DNA of 64,000 nucleotides from Myxococcota bacterium (GTDB lineage Bacteria > Myxococcota_A > SURF-8 > G963663525): NCBI GenBank assembly GCA_963676915.2, contig CAXXVK010000027.1:32001-96000 (forward strand), read 5' to 3'. Every line of letters begins with the position of its first letter. Position 1 is the first letter of the stretch. Below are positions 12,278 through 21,947 of this stretch, piece by piece. Both the position numbers and the translations under genes were made by a program. Below the pieces are notes generated by a model. The model was not told the DNA's origin and ran no database searches. It saw only the letters and a list, made by a program, of their open reading frames with translations.

Positions 12278-12366
12278 GGGTGCGCTATCGATCCGGAAAG
12301 GATCGATAGCCCGGATTTTTTGTGTTTTCACGGCCAGTCATCTCACGGTGAAAGACCGTGCCACCC
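12278..12366. repeat. Heterologous REP pair: GGGTG-led 11-bp hairpin plus an inverted family-A copy
   Basis: GCTATCGATCC-GGAAA-GGATCGATAGC (12284-12310); CACGGCCA...AAGACCGTGCCACCC (12329-12366). Confidence 0.7.
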
Positions 12367-12432
12367 CCCGAAAGCACTTGAATGGAACAAATCATTCAAG
12401 AATTGAATCACCTAAGCCCTCACAACCATCCC

Positions 12433-12461
12433 TTGACAGTCCATAGCGAGCCTTCTATAAC
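12433..12461 (+). promoter_or_regulatory. Sigma70 promoter
   Basis: TTGACA-N17-TATAAC, 42 bp before the ATG at 12504. Confidence 0.75.
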
Positions 12462-12503
12462 CTTGAAAGTACCATGGAATTTCAGACCTCAGGAGGTCCG
12501 CCA

Positions 12504-13781
12504 ATGACGGGAAAACGGCTGTTCGTGTTCATCATGCTGCTGGGACTGTTGGGAGCCTGTACGCCGACGGTCGATACCATCGATTCCCTGGCCGAACAGC
12601 AGGGCGGAGAAGCGAAAATAGCAAAAATCATTCAGGAAACGGGAAACCCGTTTGCCGTTCGCGTGCATGGTTCGGTCACGCTCGCTCGGCTTGGGGATCT
12701 CAACAACCTCGGTTTGAGCTACCGGGATCTTCCCGTCGGAGACCGTAGCAAACTCGCTGTAGAGTCGGCCAAGCAGATCGTGGAATTGCTCAAGCATCCC
12801 GATGCGGACGTGCAGGCCAACGCCAAGGACGCCTTGCACCTGCTGATCAAGTTCGGTGAAGGGCAGGTTCCGGCCAACGTGGGACAAGCGGTGGTCGACT
12901 GGTACGGCAAAGGATTTTCCCGAAAATACGGATCGGGAAAATATTCGGCTTTCAATGTACTTACCCGTATGGGAGATGCCGCCGTGCCGATGCTGATCGA
13001 TCAGCTTTCGACGCAGGACATGGCGATGAAGTCTTTGAAAATACTGCAACAATTCAATAAGGGAGCCACCAAGAAAAAAGTCTGCGACTACATCATTACC
13101 TGGTGGAACGAGCAATATCCCAACCCGCAGCGTTCGTTGATACAGACCCTGCATTTTTTCCGGGACTCGCGGGTTTATGAACTCGTTTTACCCTACTTGC
13201 TCGATAAAAATCGCTCGATTCAAACCCGTTACCTGATTCTCGAAGCTTTATCGCGTAACGCCGATCCTGAAAGCGTACCCACGGCTTTGACCATCGCTCT
13301 GGATCGCACCTATGATATCGAGTTGCGTGCCTGGGCGCTGGATATCCTCGGACAAGCCGCCGTGCCGGAACAAGCGCTCAAAGTGTTACCGCTTCTAAAG
13401 GAAGAGCGGGTGAAATGGGGTGCGTTCGGCGTGATTGCCCGCCGGGGAGGTTCCGACGGCGCGGCACGAGCCATTGCCGGATTGAATTACAACGTCAAAT
13501 TCGGAGCGGGTGATTTCAAAGAAGTTCGCATGCAACTGAAAGATCTTACCTTCGAAAGCGCCGAACCGTTGACCAAGATTCTCGATGCCGATACCGCTAC
13601 GCAAACCGCGTTGGCTCTGATCGGGTTGGGAGTTTGTTCCAACAAAGATCTCGCCGACCAGCACATCAAGCCTTTGTTCGACGTTTCCAAAACCGTTGCG
13701 GGATTCGATGCACGGGGTGGAGCGATCACCATCGGAGAATTGGCCAAGCAGGTCTACCAACAAATTACCAAACGTAAATAA
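12504..13781 (+). CDS. Alpha-helical (HEAT-repeat-like) lipoprotein
   Basis: RBS AGGAGG, lipobox LLGA-C, HEAT-like segments (DADVQANAKDAL, RMGDAAVPMLIDQL, ELRAWALDILG). Confidence 0.75.
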   Translation: MTGKRLFVFIMLLGLLGACTPTVDTIDSLAEQQGGEAKIAKIIQETGNPFAVRVHGSVTLARLGDLNNLGLSYRDLPVGDRSKLAVESAKQIVELLKHPDADVQANAKDALHLLIKFGEGQVPANVGQAVVDWYGKGFSRKYGSGKYSAFNVLTRMGDAAVPMLIDQLSTQDMAMKSLKILQQFNKGATKKKVCDYIITWWNEQYPNPQRSLIQTLHFFRDSRVYELVLPYLLDKNRSIQTRYLILEALSRNADPESVPTALTIALDRTYDIELRAWALDILGQAAVPEQALKVLPLLKEERVKWGAFGVIARRGGSDGAARAIAGLNYNVKFGAGDFKEVRMQLKDLTFESAEPLTKILDADTATQTALALIGLGVCSNKDLADQHIKPLFDVSKTVAGFDARGGAITIGELAKQVYQQITKRK

Positions 13782-13807
13782 CCGTTCGTGATCCTGGAGC
13801 AACCGGA

Positions 13808-14305
13808 ATGAATAAAATCGTTATCTTGTTGATAATTCAAGCTTTTCTCGTGATTTCCTGCGAGGATGTCTGCGAGCACGAAAGCGACTTGAAAAGCGCC
13901 TACAAAACCGTCACGACGTGTGCGGCAGGCGATTCCTGCAAAGCCTACGTTCGTGTGGGAGACGGCTGCAGCTACGATTTCACGCCCTGGGAAGCCTGTG
14001 GCGTGATTGCCATCAACGAGAACTACGACGTTTTTGCTGAAGCCCAAAAACTCGACAGCCTGCACCGGTTGGCCTGCGATGGTTGTTTCAGCAAGGTCGC
14101 CCAATGCGCGTCCTGTGTCGAACCGGTCGCCGTGCGGAGCACCTGCGACGCCACCACCGGACGATGTACCGTCGAACTCGCCGACGATTGCCGAGACGAT
14201 GCCGATTGCCCTTATGGACGGGTCTGTTGTCCCGAAACCGAGGTCTGCACCTTGCTGAAGGATTGTCCGTCTCGTGCCGAGGAAGACGACACGGAAGAAG
14301 AATAG
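13808..14305 (+). CDS. Small cysteine-rich lipoprotein
   Basis: Signal peptide LVIS-C; many Cys including CRDDADCPYGRVCC. Confidence 0.7.
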   Translation: MNKIVILLIIQAFLVISCEDVCEHESDLKSAYKTVTTCAAGDSCKAYVRVGDGCSYDFTPWEACGVIAINENYDVFAEAQKLDSLHRLACDGCFSKVAQCASCVEPVAVRSTCDATTGRCTVELADDCRDDADCPYGRVCCPETEVCTLLKDCPSRAEEDDTEEE

Positions 14306-14330
14306 CCGAACGGGTGGTGGTAGGAGAAAA

Positions 14331-15161
14331 CTACCAGCCGCCTCCCGCGCCACCGCCGCCGAATCCGCCACCACCTCCTCCACCGAAGGAACCGAATCCG
14401 CCGCCGCCGCCCCAGCCGCCGCGCCGCATTCCGCTGCCCAGCATCATGCCTGCGGCCATACCGGAACCACCGCGCCAGCGCCGCATTCCCATCATTCGAC
14501 GGGCACGGAAGATCCAGGACATCGGTCCCAGAATGAAAGCCAGCAGCACCAGAACCCAGTTGTAGCCTCCACGGCTTCTGCGGGCACCGCGAACCTTCGG
14601 CATCCCTTCAATGGCAACGTTATAATGCTTCGCCAGGCGATTCAGAACCGTAAGCGTTGCAACGGTGATTCCCTGGGAATATTTTCCCCGCTGAAACAGG
14701 GGAACGAGCGTTTCCCGGCCCACTTGTCCCAAGTAGCCGTCCGGCAAAACGCCTTCGAGTCCGTAACCCGTTTCGAAACGGTATTTTCGTTCTTTTTGCG
14801 CCACGAGAAACAAGAGGCCGTCGTCCTTGCCTTTTCGTCCCAGCTTCCAGCGTTCGGCCAATTCCAAAGCGAAGGTTTCTTTGGGAAGTCCGCCCATGTC
14901 GCCCACGGTGACGACGAGAAACTGCACGCCGGTTTTCTGTTCCAACTCCTGAAGAAAGCCGTTTAGGGATCGTTCTTCTCCAGGTTGGATCATATTCGCG
15001 CTATCGGTGACATAATGGGCCGGTTTGGCGGGAAACGACGCAACGGTTTCCGCCTGTACATTGGTTCCGACCATGCAAGAAATGAAAACAGCGAGAACGA
15101 AGGGAATCCACCCCGTCGAAACATGGAGCGTGGATCGTCTACAAAAATTCTTACAGCGCAT
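14331..15161 (-). CDS. TPM (DUF477) domain membrane protein with Gly-rich tail
   Basis: YVTDSANMI, TGVQFLVVTV, WKLGRKGKDDGLL, RFETGYGLEGVLPDG, GGGFGGGGAGGGW; ATG overlaps end of upstream gene. Confidence 0.92.
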   Translation of the reverse strand: MRCKNFCRRSTLHVSTGWIPFVLAVFISCMVGTNVQAETVASFPAKPAHYVTDSANMIQPGEERSLNGFLQELEQKTGVQFLVVTVGDMGGLPKETFALELAERWKLGRKGKDDGLLFLVAQKERKYRFETGYGLEGVLPDGYLGQVGRETLVPLFQRGKYSQGITVATLTVLNRLAKHYNVAIEGMPKVRGARRSRGGYNWVLVLLAFILGPMSWIFRARRMMGMRRWRGGSGMAAGMMLGSGMRRGGWGGGGGFGSFGGGGGGGFGGGGAGGGW

Positions 15162-15891
15162 CGACCGTCTCCACCAGTTTGTTGAGGATGTTTTCCCACT
15201 GGGTAAACAGTTCACGAACCGACTTTTTGTCGGGCGTTCGTCCGGCTTTGTGATCTTCCCAGACACCGACGAACGGTCCGGCGTCGATACCCAGCGAATC
15301 GTGCAATTCCTCGGCACAGCGGGTGTTTCCGAATTCCGTCTGTTTTCCGTGAAGATGCAAAACGGCCCGAATCGTCGTGAAAAAATCGGGAACCTTTTCG
15401 GACATCCACTCTGCCAACCAACCGGCATCCCCGGCGGAATACAAATATCCCTGACGCATGTGCAGGCGCAATTCCCGCAGGCTTCGTTCGGTTTCGAGCC
15501 GCAGGTGTTCGCGGTCGATCTCGATGTTTTGCAGCAGGTCATCTCCGGCAAGCAGCACATGATGACTTTTCAAAGCCAATAGTTCGATGGGAAACACGTC
15601 CGTTGCCCCTCCCAGATAATCGGGAGTCAGCAGCATCGGTGCGCGAATCCCAGAGCGCCCAAAAGATTTTCCCAAAGCCGCCAGATGGTCGAGCAGGTCG
15701 GTCATTACATTCTCGTATACCAGCAACAGGTGGATTTCAGGGTTCTTTTCGCTGAATTCCCCTCGGGCGGACGGCCCGACCAGGTACGTCGCCAGCGGTT
15801 GGGCATCGGAAAAGGCACTTACTTTGTCCAAAAACGGCCCGAGTCTCGTAGAAACAACCTCGGGAACGGATTCGAAAGAAAAAACGGTCAC
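15151..15891 (-). CDS. Nucleotidyltransferase-fold protein of lemA/TPM-type clusters, catalytic motif degenerate
   Basis: LVGPSARGEF...PEIHLLLV in place of LYGS..RGDF...SDINL; DVFPIELL...LAGDDLL...HLRLETE. Confidence 0.7.
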   Translation of the reverse strand: MTVFSFESVPEVVSTRLGPFLDKVSAFSDAQPLATYLVGPSARGEFSEKNPEIHLLLVYENVMTDLLDHLAALGKSFGRSGIRAPMLLTPDYLGGATDVFPIELLALKSHHVLLAGDDLLQNIEIDREHLRLETERSLRELRLHMRQGYLYSAGDAGWLAEWMSEKVPDFFTTIRAVLHLHGKQTEFGNTRCAEELHDSLGIDAGPFVGVWEDHKAGRTPDKKSVRELFTQWENILNKLVETVDAL

Positions 15892-16121
15892 GGCGGAACT
15901 CTCTTTCTCCGCTTGCTGCGGATCGTCGGTCGATGTTTCTCTCGGCTCACACTATACAAAAGTATTCACAAATTGACCAATTCATGTCACAACGGGACGA
16001 AAGATGTGGAAATCGCACGGATTCGCATCTCGCACGAGCTTGGGGTATAATCCGTTTTTTCAAAGCCTTTGCGTAGCGAAGGTTCGATGCCGAACCTTCG
16101 GTCGATCGGGAAACATTGACC

Positions 16122-17852
16122 ATGGGCACTCTTAAAAGCAAACAACAACAGATTCAGCGATTGACCACGCTGATTCTGTTCCGAATCATCACCGTAACCG
16201 CCATTCTAGCGACCTCGGCGATCATGAGTTTTCGCTCGGCGGACTGGTGGACCCCGACCCAGCAGATCATGTTGAGCAGCATCGGCCTGATGTACCTGAT
16301 TTCCATCCTGTATCTTCTGGCCGTCAAATATAACGAAAACTTCCTGTTGCAGTCGATCGCCCAGATTTTCGGGGATTTGTTGTTCTGGTCCTGCATGGTC
16401 TACATCACCGGGGGATTGTCGAGTCCGTTCACGTTTTTATACAACCTGACGATCATCCTTTCCTCGCTGGTTTTCAGGAAACGCGGCATTGTAGGAACAA
16501 CGATAACGTCCTGCCTGATGCTGCTGGGTCTGACCTGGATGGAAAGCAATAAGATTTTCTTCGAGACGCTGCAATTGCAAAGCGCAACCGAAAGTCTGTT
16601 CGAAATCGAGGTGATCTATCGGTTTTTCCTCAATGTCTGCATGTTCAGCCTCATTGCCGTTTTATCGTATTACATCGCCGGTCAGGTTCGCAGCAGCGAG
16701 GATTCTCTGGTTCAACAGCAACTCAATCTCGACGAGCAAAAGCGGCTCAATCGCTCGATCATTCAGGGAATGCGTTCGGGATTGCTGATGGCCGGTCTCG
16801 ACGGAAAAATTCACTTCATCAACCGGGCTTTGCGTAAAATGGTCGGCAAAGAGGACGAAGACCTTCCCAACGATTTGATCGGACTTTTCCCGGTTTTGCG
16901 CGAATGTTTCCGTCTGGAGCAATGGGGAAGACCCTGGGCGCGGAAATTCGAGGGGGAAGTCAAGGTCGGAAACGATCGTAGATGGCTGTTTTTCCACTTC
17001 GCCGACCTGCTCGACGCGTTCAGCGAAAAAGACGGGATTTTGCTGATCGTCGAAGACCGCACCGAAACGCAACGTCTGAAAGAACGAATTTTCCAGAACG
17101 AAAAACTGGCGGCTTTGGGTAAACTGGCGGCGGGTATAGCCCATGAAATCCGCAATCCGCTGGCCAGCATTTCGGGATCGTTGCAGATGTTGCGCATGGA
17201 GTACGATACGGAAGACGACAACTCGCGTCTGATGGAAATCTCCCTGCAGGAAACCGAACGTCTCAATCGGCTGATCAACGACTTTTTGAGCTTCGCCCGA
17301 CCGATGGACCCCACCTTCGAAACGGTGGATCTCAAAGACGTTTTCGAGGAATTGAAACCTCTGATCAAGAACCAGGACATGGAACGGGACATCGAGGTGA
17401 CCTGGAGTACTCCACCGGACGTTTCCACCCGAATCGAAGCCGACAACGGGCAGATCCGGCAGATGATGTGGAACGTGATTTCCAACGCCATTCATGCGCT
17501 CAAACGAGGTGCCGGAACCGAAGGTGAGGCGCCTCGGGTGGATGTGATGGCGATGGTGGACCCGGAATACGATATCATCGGCGGGCGGCTGTTGCTCGCC
17601 ATTCAGGACAACGGCTGCGGAATGAGTGCGGACGTGGTAGAGAAACTGTTCGATCCTTTCTTTACCACACGAGCCGAAGGATCGGGGTTGGGGATGTCGA
17701 TCGTTTTCCAGATTATCGAAGCCCATCACGGGACGATCGAAATCGACTCCGAACCCGGTCGGGGCACCACGATGCTGATTCGCCTTCCTCGAAGTCAGCA
17801 GGATAGCGATATGGCCAATTCCTCTACGCAGCGAATCAAGGTGGTTTCATGA
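16122..17852 (+). CDS. pilS: Sensor histidine kinase PilS-like
   Basis: Six-TM N-terminus with YITGGLSSPFTFLY, PAS, AHEIRNPL, WNVISNA, DNGCG, GSGLG; overlaps pilR. Confidence 0.85.
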   Translation: MGTLKSKQQQIQRLTTLILFRIITVTAILATSAIMSFRSADWWTPTQQIMLSSIGLMYLISILYLLAVKYNENFLLQSIAQIFGDLLFWSCMVYITGGLSSPFTFLYNLTIILSSLVFRKRGIVGTTITSCLMLLGLTWMESNKIFFETLQLQSATESLFEIEVIYRFFLNVCMFSLIAVLSYYIAGQVRSSEDSLVQQQLNLDEQKRLNRSIIQGMRSGLLMAGLDGKIHFINRALRKMVGKEDEDLPNDLIGLFPVLRECFRLEQWGRPWARKFEGEVKVGNDRRWLFFHFADLLDAFSEKDGILLIVEDRTETQRLKERIFQNEKLAALGKLAAGIAHEIRNPLASISGSLQMLRMEYDTEDDNSRLMEISLQETERLNRLINDFLSFARPMDPTFETVDLKDVFEELKPLIKNQDMERDIEVTWSTPPDVSTRIEADNGQIRQMMWNVISNAIHALKRGAGTEGEAPRVDVMAMVDPEYDIIGGRLLLAIQDNGCGMSADVVEKLFDPFFTTRAEGSGLGMSIVFQIIEAHHGTIEIDSEPGRGTTMLIRLPRSQQDSDMANSSTQRIKVVS

Positions 17853-19279
17853 AACGAGCACGCATACTGATCGTCGATGACGAACAGAGCATGAGAGATT
17901 TTCTGCGGATTTTTTTCGCCAAGCAGGGTTACGACGCCATCGTTGCAGAAAACGGCGTGGATGCGTTGGAAAAAATCAAGCAAGAGCATTTCGATCTGGT
18001 AATGAGCGATATTCGAATGCCCGAAATGGACGGCATGCGGCTGCTGAACGAAGTACGTAATTTTTCGGACAGCTTGCAGGTCATCATCATGACGGCGTAC
18101 GGCTCCACTTCAGACGCGATCAAGGCGATGAAATTCGGAGCCTACGATTACATCACCAAGCCATTCCAACTCGAAGAAGTTCGGGTAACCGTTGAAAAAG
18201 CCCTGGAAAAAACGGAATTACTCAAGGAAAACCGCAATTTAAAAGAAGAACTGGACGACCGCTTCCGGGTCAATCGCATCATCGGTAAATCGAAAGCGAT
18301 GGAGGACGTTTTTTCGATGATCCGCAAGGTTGCGGACACCAAAACGAACATCCTGATTTCCGGGGAAAGCGGAACGGGAAAAGAGTTGGCGGCGCGTGCG
18401 ATCCATGGGAATTCCAACCGCAAAGATCGTCCTTTCGTGTCGGTCAACTGCGGAGCGATTCCCGGAGAATTGATGGAAAGCGAGCTGTTCGGTCACAAAC
18501 AAGGATCGTTCACCGGGGCAATCAAAGACAAAGACGGCCTGTTCCTCGCCGCCGATGGAGGAACGATTTTCCTGGATGAAATCGGGGAGTTACCGCTGCA
18601 ACTGCAAGTCAAGCTGCTGCGTGCCTTGCAAGAGCGGAAAATCATGCCCGTGGGCGATACCAAGGAAAAAACCATCGACACCCGCGTTTTAGCGGCAACC
18701 AACCGGGATCTGAAAGAACAGGTGGCGAGAGGGCTGTTTCGCGAGGATCTGTACTACCGGCTGAACGTGATTCAGATTCACCTTCCCCCACTGACCGAGC
18801 GTCGCGACGACATCCCGCTGCTGGTGCGGCATTTCGTGACGAAATATTCTAAAGAAATGGGATTGGAGCCGTTGCGGGTTTCCGAAGCGGCGATGATGAT
18901 TTTAAGCGGCCACGATTATCCCGGAAACGTGCGGGAGCTGGCCAATATCGTCGAACGGGCCGTAACGTTGGAAACCACCGAAAGTATTCGTCCGGAATCT
19001 CTGCCGCCGTCGTTGCTCGAACGCTTCGACCTGGAGCAGCCCGAAGAACCTGTCGCCGTCGGTCGTCAGCCGATTATCCCCGAAATGGGTGTGACATTGG
19101 ATTCGGTGCTGGAGCAGATCGAGCGGGAATATCTCGTCGAAGCGCTTGAAAATGCCAAAGGCGTGAAGAAAACGGCGGCGGACCTGTTGGGGATCAGTTT
19201 CCGATCCTTGCGATATCGTTTAAAAAAACTCGATCTCGAATCCAACGGCTCGGCAACGGTCAACGGAAAACTCAAATAA
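17849..19279 (+). CDS. pilR: Sigma54-dependent response regulator PilR-like
   Basis: Receiver domain, GESGTGKE, ESELFGH.QGSFTGA, FLDEIGE, HTH AADLLGISFRSLRYRL. Confidence 0.88.
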   Translation: MKRARILIVDDEQSMRDFLRIFFAKQGYDAIVAENGVDALEKIKQEHFDLVMSDIRMPEMDGMRLLNEVRNFSDSLQVIIMTAYGSTSDAIKAMKFGAYDYITKPFQLEEVRVTVEKALEKTELLKENRNLKEELDDRFRVNRIIGKSKAMEDVFSMIRKVADTKTNILISGESGTGKELAARAIHGNSNRKDRPFVSVNCGAIPGELMESELFGHKQGSFTGAIKDKDGLFLAADGGTIFLDEIGELPLQLQVKLLRALQERKIMPVGDTKEKTIDTRVLAATNRDLKEQVARGLFREDLYYRLNVIQIHLPPLTERRDDIPLLVRHFVTKYSKEMGLEPLRVSEAAMMILSGHDYPGNVRELANIVERAVTLETTESIRPESLPPSLLERFDLEQPEEPVAVGRQPIIPEMGVTLDSVLEQIEREYLVEALENAKGVKKTAADLLGISFRSLRYRLKKLDLESNGSATVNGKLK

Positions 19280-19288
19280 GGAGCAGGC

Positions 19289-20161
19289 GTGAATTTCTTT
19301 GCCATCATGTCCGTGTTCGCCTTCTTTTTCGGATCGGCGGTCGGCAGTTTCCTCAACGTGGTGATTTACAGGCTTCCGCTGGGACGTTCCGTCGTTCGGC
19401 CTCGTTCGGCCTGTCCGGGTTGTAGCGCTCCGATTGCCTGGTACGACAACATTCCCATTTTCAGTTGGGTGATCCTGGGAGCCAAATGCCGACGTTGCAA
19501 GACACCGATATCGATCCAGTACCCGTTGATAGAATTGCTTTGCGGCACGTTGGCGCTGGCCTGTTTCATGCGCTATGGCGTCAGTATCGATACCGTCGCT
19601 TATTTCCTGTTTTGTGCCGGTCTGGTCGCAGCAACGTTTATCGATCTGCCGTACCAGATCATCCCCGACGAAATCTCCATCGGAGGTACGGTGTTGGGGC
19701 TGGCGGTCAGTCCGTTCACCAAAGAAGTCGGCGTGACCGATGCCTTTTTGGGGGCAGGAATCGGATTTTTCCTGATCGCCGGGATCATTCTGGCCTATTA
19801 CCTGATTCGCAAAACCGAAGGCATGGGCATGGGTGACGCCAAGCTGCTGGCGATGATCGGCGCATTCCTCGGTTGGCAATCGCTGCTTTTTATTCTCGTC
19901 GCTTCGTCGATCCAAGGACTGGTCGCCTCGCTGGTGTCGTTCAAACTGGGCTGGATGAAAAAAGCGCCGCCGTTGCCCGATCCTGCCGAGGTCGAGGCGG
20001 ATGGACCACTTGAAGCGGAAGACGAGCAGGAAGTGTCCTTGGGTCAGGCGGCGGTGCCCTTCGGTCCGTTTCTGGCGCTCGCCGCGCTGGAATGGCTGTT
20101 TTTCCGAGGAGATATCGCAAGCATGTACCTGGGATTGTTGACGGGCAACGGCCCGCTGTGA
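19289..20161 (+). CDS. pilD: Prepilin peptidase/N-methyltransferase
   Basis: GSFLNVVIYRLP, CPGC...CRRC, FIDL, GMGMGDAKL, VPFGPFLA. Confidence 0.95.
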   Translation: MNFFAIMSVFAFFFGSAVGSFLNVVIYRLPLGRSVVRPRSACPGCSAPIAWYDNIPIFSWVILGAKCRRCKTPISIQYPLIELLCGTLALACFMRYGVSIDTVAYFLFCAGLVAATFIDLPYQIIPDEISIGGTVLGLAVSPFTKEVGVTDAFLGAGIGFFLIAGIILAYYLIRKTEGMGMGDAKLLAMIGAFLGWQSLLFILVASSIQGLVASLVSFKLGWMKKAPPLPDPAEVEADGPLEAEDEQEVSLGQAAVPFGPFLALAALEWLFFRGDIASMYLGLLTGNGPL

Positions 20162-20261
20162 GACAATTCGAACGACGTGCCAAAATGTCCAATGTCGTGC
20201 GAAAATAGAATGAAAAGCTGCCGATTCCGCCGTTTACGGAATTCCGCAGCAAAACGCCTAC

Positions 20262-21923
20262 GTGGTGTATCGAAAGGATAAACGTCCGCTGAATCGTTTG
20301 TTCTCCAGCATCCAGCAGAGGTTGGGTCTCAACACCCTGCGCTTTCAACTCACCGTGAGTATCATGCTGGTGATGCTCGCCGCCGTGATGTTGATGGGTC
20401 TGGTTTTGTTGAACATAACCCGCAATATTTTCGTAGAAGAGAAAAGCGCCCAAACCTACGCTGTCGGCAGTGCCGTTCAGGAGGGGTTGCGCGAAATCAC
20501 CGAGAATAATCTGCACGCTTCGGCCAAACGAATGGGGCGCGAACTCTATCATCCCCAAACCTTTTATTCCATCACCTTTCTCGACCTCAATGACCGAGTG
20601 CTGTGGTCCAACCTGGAGATGTCTCAGTGGGGAATTTTCGTCAATACCCTTACGCATTATCGAAACCGTAGCCTGCGAAGAGTTCAGCAGGAGTTCGTCG
20701 AACATCCCCTGACCGGTGAAAGCCTGCTGGTGACGCATGTGCCCTGGATGTCCCACCGACGGATCGTCGGCTGGGTACAACTGACCTTCCCTCTGTTCAC
20801 CGAACGACAGCAGATGCTGTTTTCGGGGCGTCTCGTGCTGGTATACGCTATCGGTTTTTCGCTGCTATTGGCGTTTTTCGGAACGTTCGTGTTCAACCGG
20901 ATGGTGGTCTACCCGCTCGAAAAACTGACCCAGGCGACCCGAGATCTGGCGATGGGCCATAGCGTGGAACCGCTCGTTATGGATAGTTACAACGAGTTGG
21001 GTCGGCTGGCCGAGTCGTTCAACATCATGGCCGAGCAGTTGACGCAACGCGAGATGGAGTTGGACCGCCGTATCGAGGCCCAGGTGAAAATCAACGAAAC
21101 TCTGGAAGTCACCCGACAAGGGCTGATTCGCTCGGAAAAACTGGCTTCGGTCGGCAGTCTCGCGGCGGGTGTGGCCCACGAGGTGGGCAATCCTTTGCAG
21201 GCGATTTTAGGATACGTGGGAATTCTCAAAGACGGCGGAGTCGACGACGCCTTGCAACAGGACATTTTGCAGCGAATCGAAAATGACATCAGCCGCATTC
21301 ACGAAATCATCAGCGGACTGCTTTCCTATTCCCGTAGTGGCACGGGAAAGCCTTCGAGCGTGGATCTCAATGAAATCATTAAAGAAACTCTCGAAATGAT
21401 TCAGTTGCAGCAGCAGTTCAAGAATGTGGAATTCGACTACCAGTCGATTCTTCGTCCGGCGATGGTGCGGCTCGTACCGGGACAGTTGCAACAGGTGCTG
21501 GTGAATCTGTTTCTCAATGCTGCTCAAGCCATGGATAACGAAGGCCAGATCCAGATTTTCGTCGAGGGTGTGGATTACGATCCTCAACTGACGTTTCGGC
21601 AGCGAGGACAGCGATTCAAAGCCGGGCAACAGCTTGTCAGTTTGGCAGTCATGGACAACGGTCCCGGTATCTCGGAGGAAATTCAGGGAAGACTGTTCGA
21701 TCCGTTTTTCACGACGAAGGAAGTCGGACAAGGCACGGGACTAGGGTTGAGTGTCTGCGATTCGATCGTGGACTTTTTCGGGGGAAGTATCGACGTGCAG
21801 AGCCGTCCCGGAGAAGGGTCGACCTTCATCATCTTATTGCCATTGGATAACGAACTGGCTGCCGAACTGGACGAGTTGTCCGTGGAACTCGAGTCTGTGA
21901 CCCTGGAGCCTTCCGACGGGTGA
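20262..21923 (+). CDS. HAMP-domain sensor histidine kinase
   Basis: Two TM helices, HAMP (NELGRLAESFNIM), AHEVGNPL, LVNLFLNA, DNGPG, GTGLGL. Confidence 0.92.
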   Translation: MVYRKDKRPLNRLFSSIQQRLGLNTLRFQLTVSIMLVMLAAVMLMGLVLLNITRNIFVEEKSAQTYAVGSAVQEGLREITENNLHASAKRMGRELYHPQTFYSITFLDLNDRVLWSNLEMSQWGIFVNTLTHYRNRSLRRVQQEFVEHPLTGESLLVTHVPWMSHRRIVGWVQLTFPLFTERQQMLFSGRLVLVYAIGFSLLLAFFGTFVFNRMVVYPLEKLTQATRDLAMGHSVEPLVMDSYNELGRLAESFNIMAEQLTQREMELDRRIEAQVKINETLEVTRQGLIRSEKLASVGSLAAGVAHEVGNPLQAILGYVGILKDGGVDDALQQDILQRIENDISRIHEIISGLLSYSRSGTGKPSSVDLNEIIKETLEMIQLQQQFKNVEFDYQSILRPAMVRLVPGQLQQVLVNLFLNAAQAMDNEGQIQIFVEGVDYDPQLTFRQRGQRFKAGQQLVSLAVMDNGPGISEEIQGRLFDPFFTTKEVGQGTGLGLSVCDSIVDFFGGSIDVQSRPGEGSTFIILLPLDNELAAELDELSVELESVTLEPSDG

Positions 21924-21947
21924 GGAAGCCTAATAACCGACTATATC

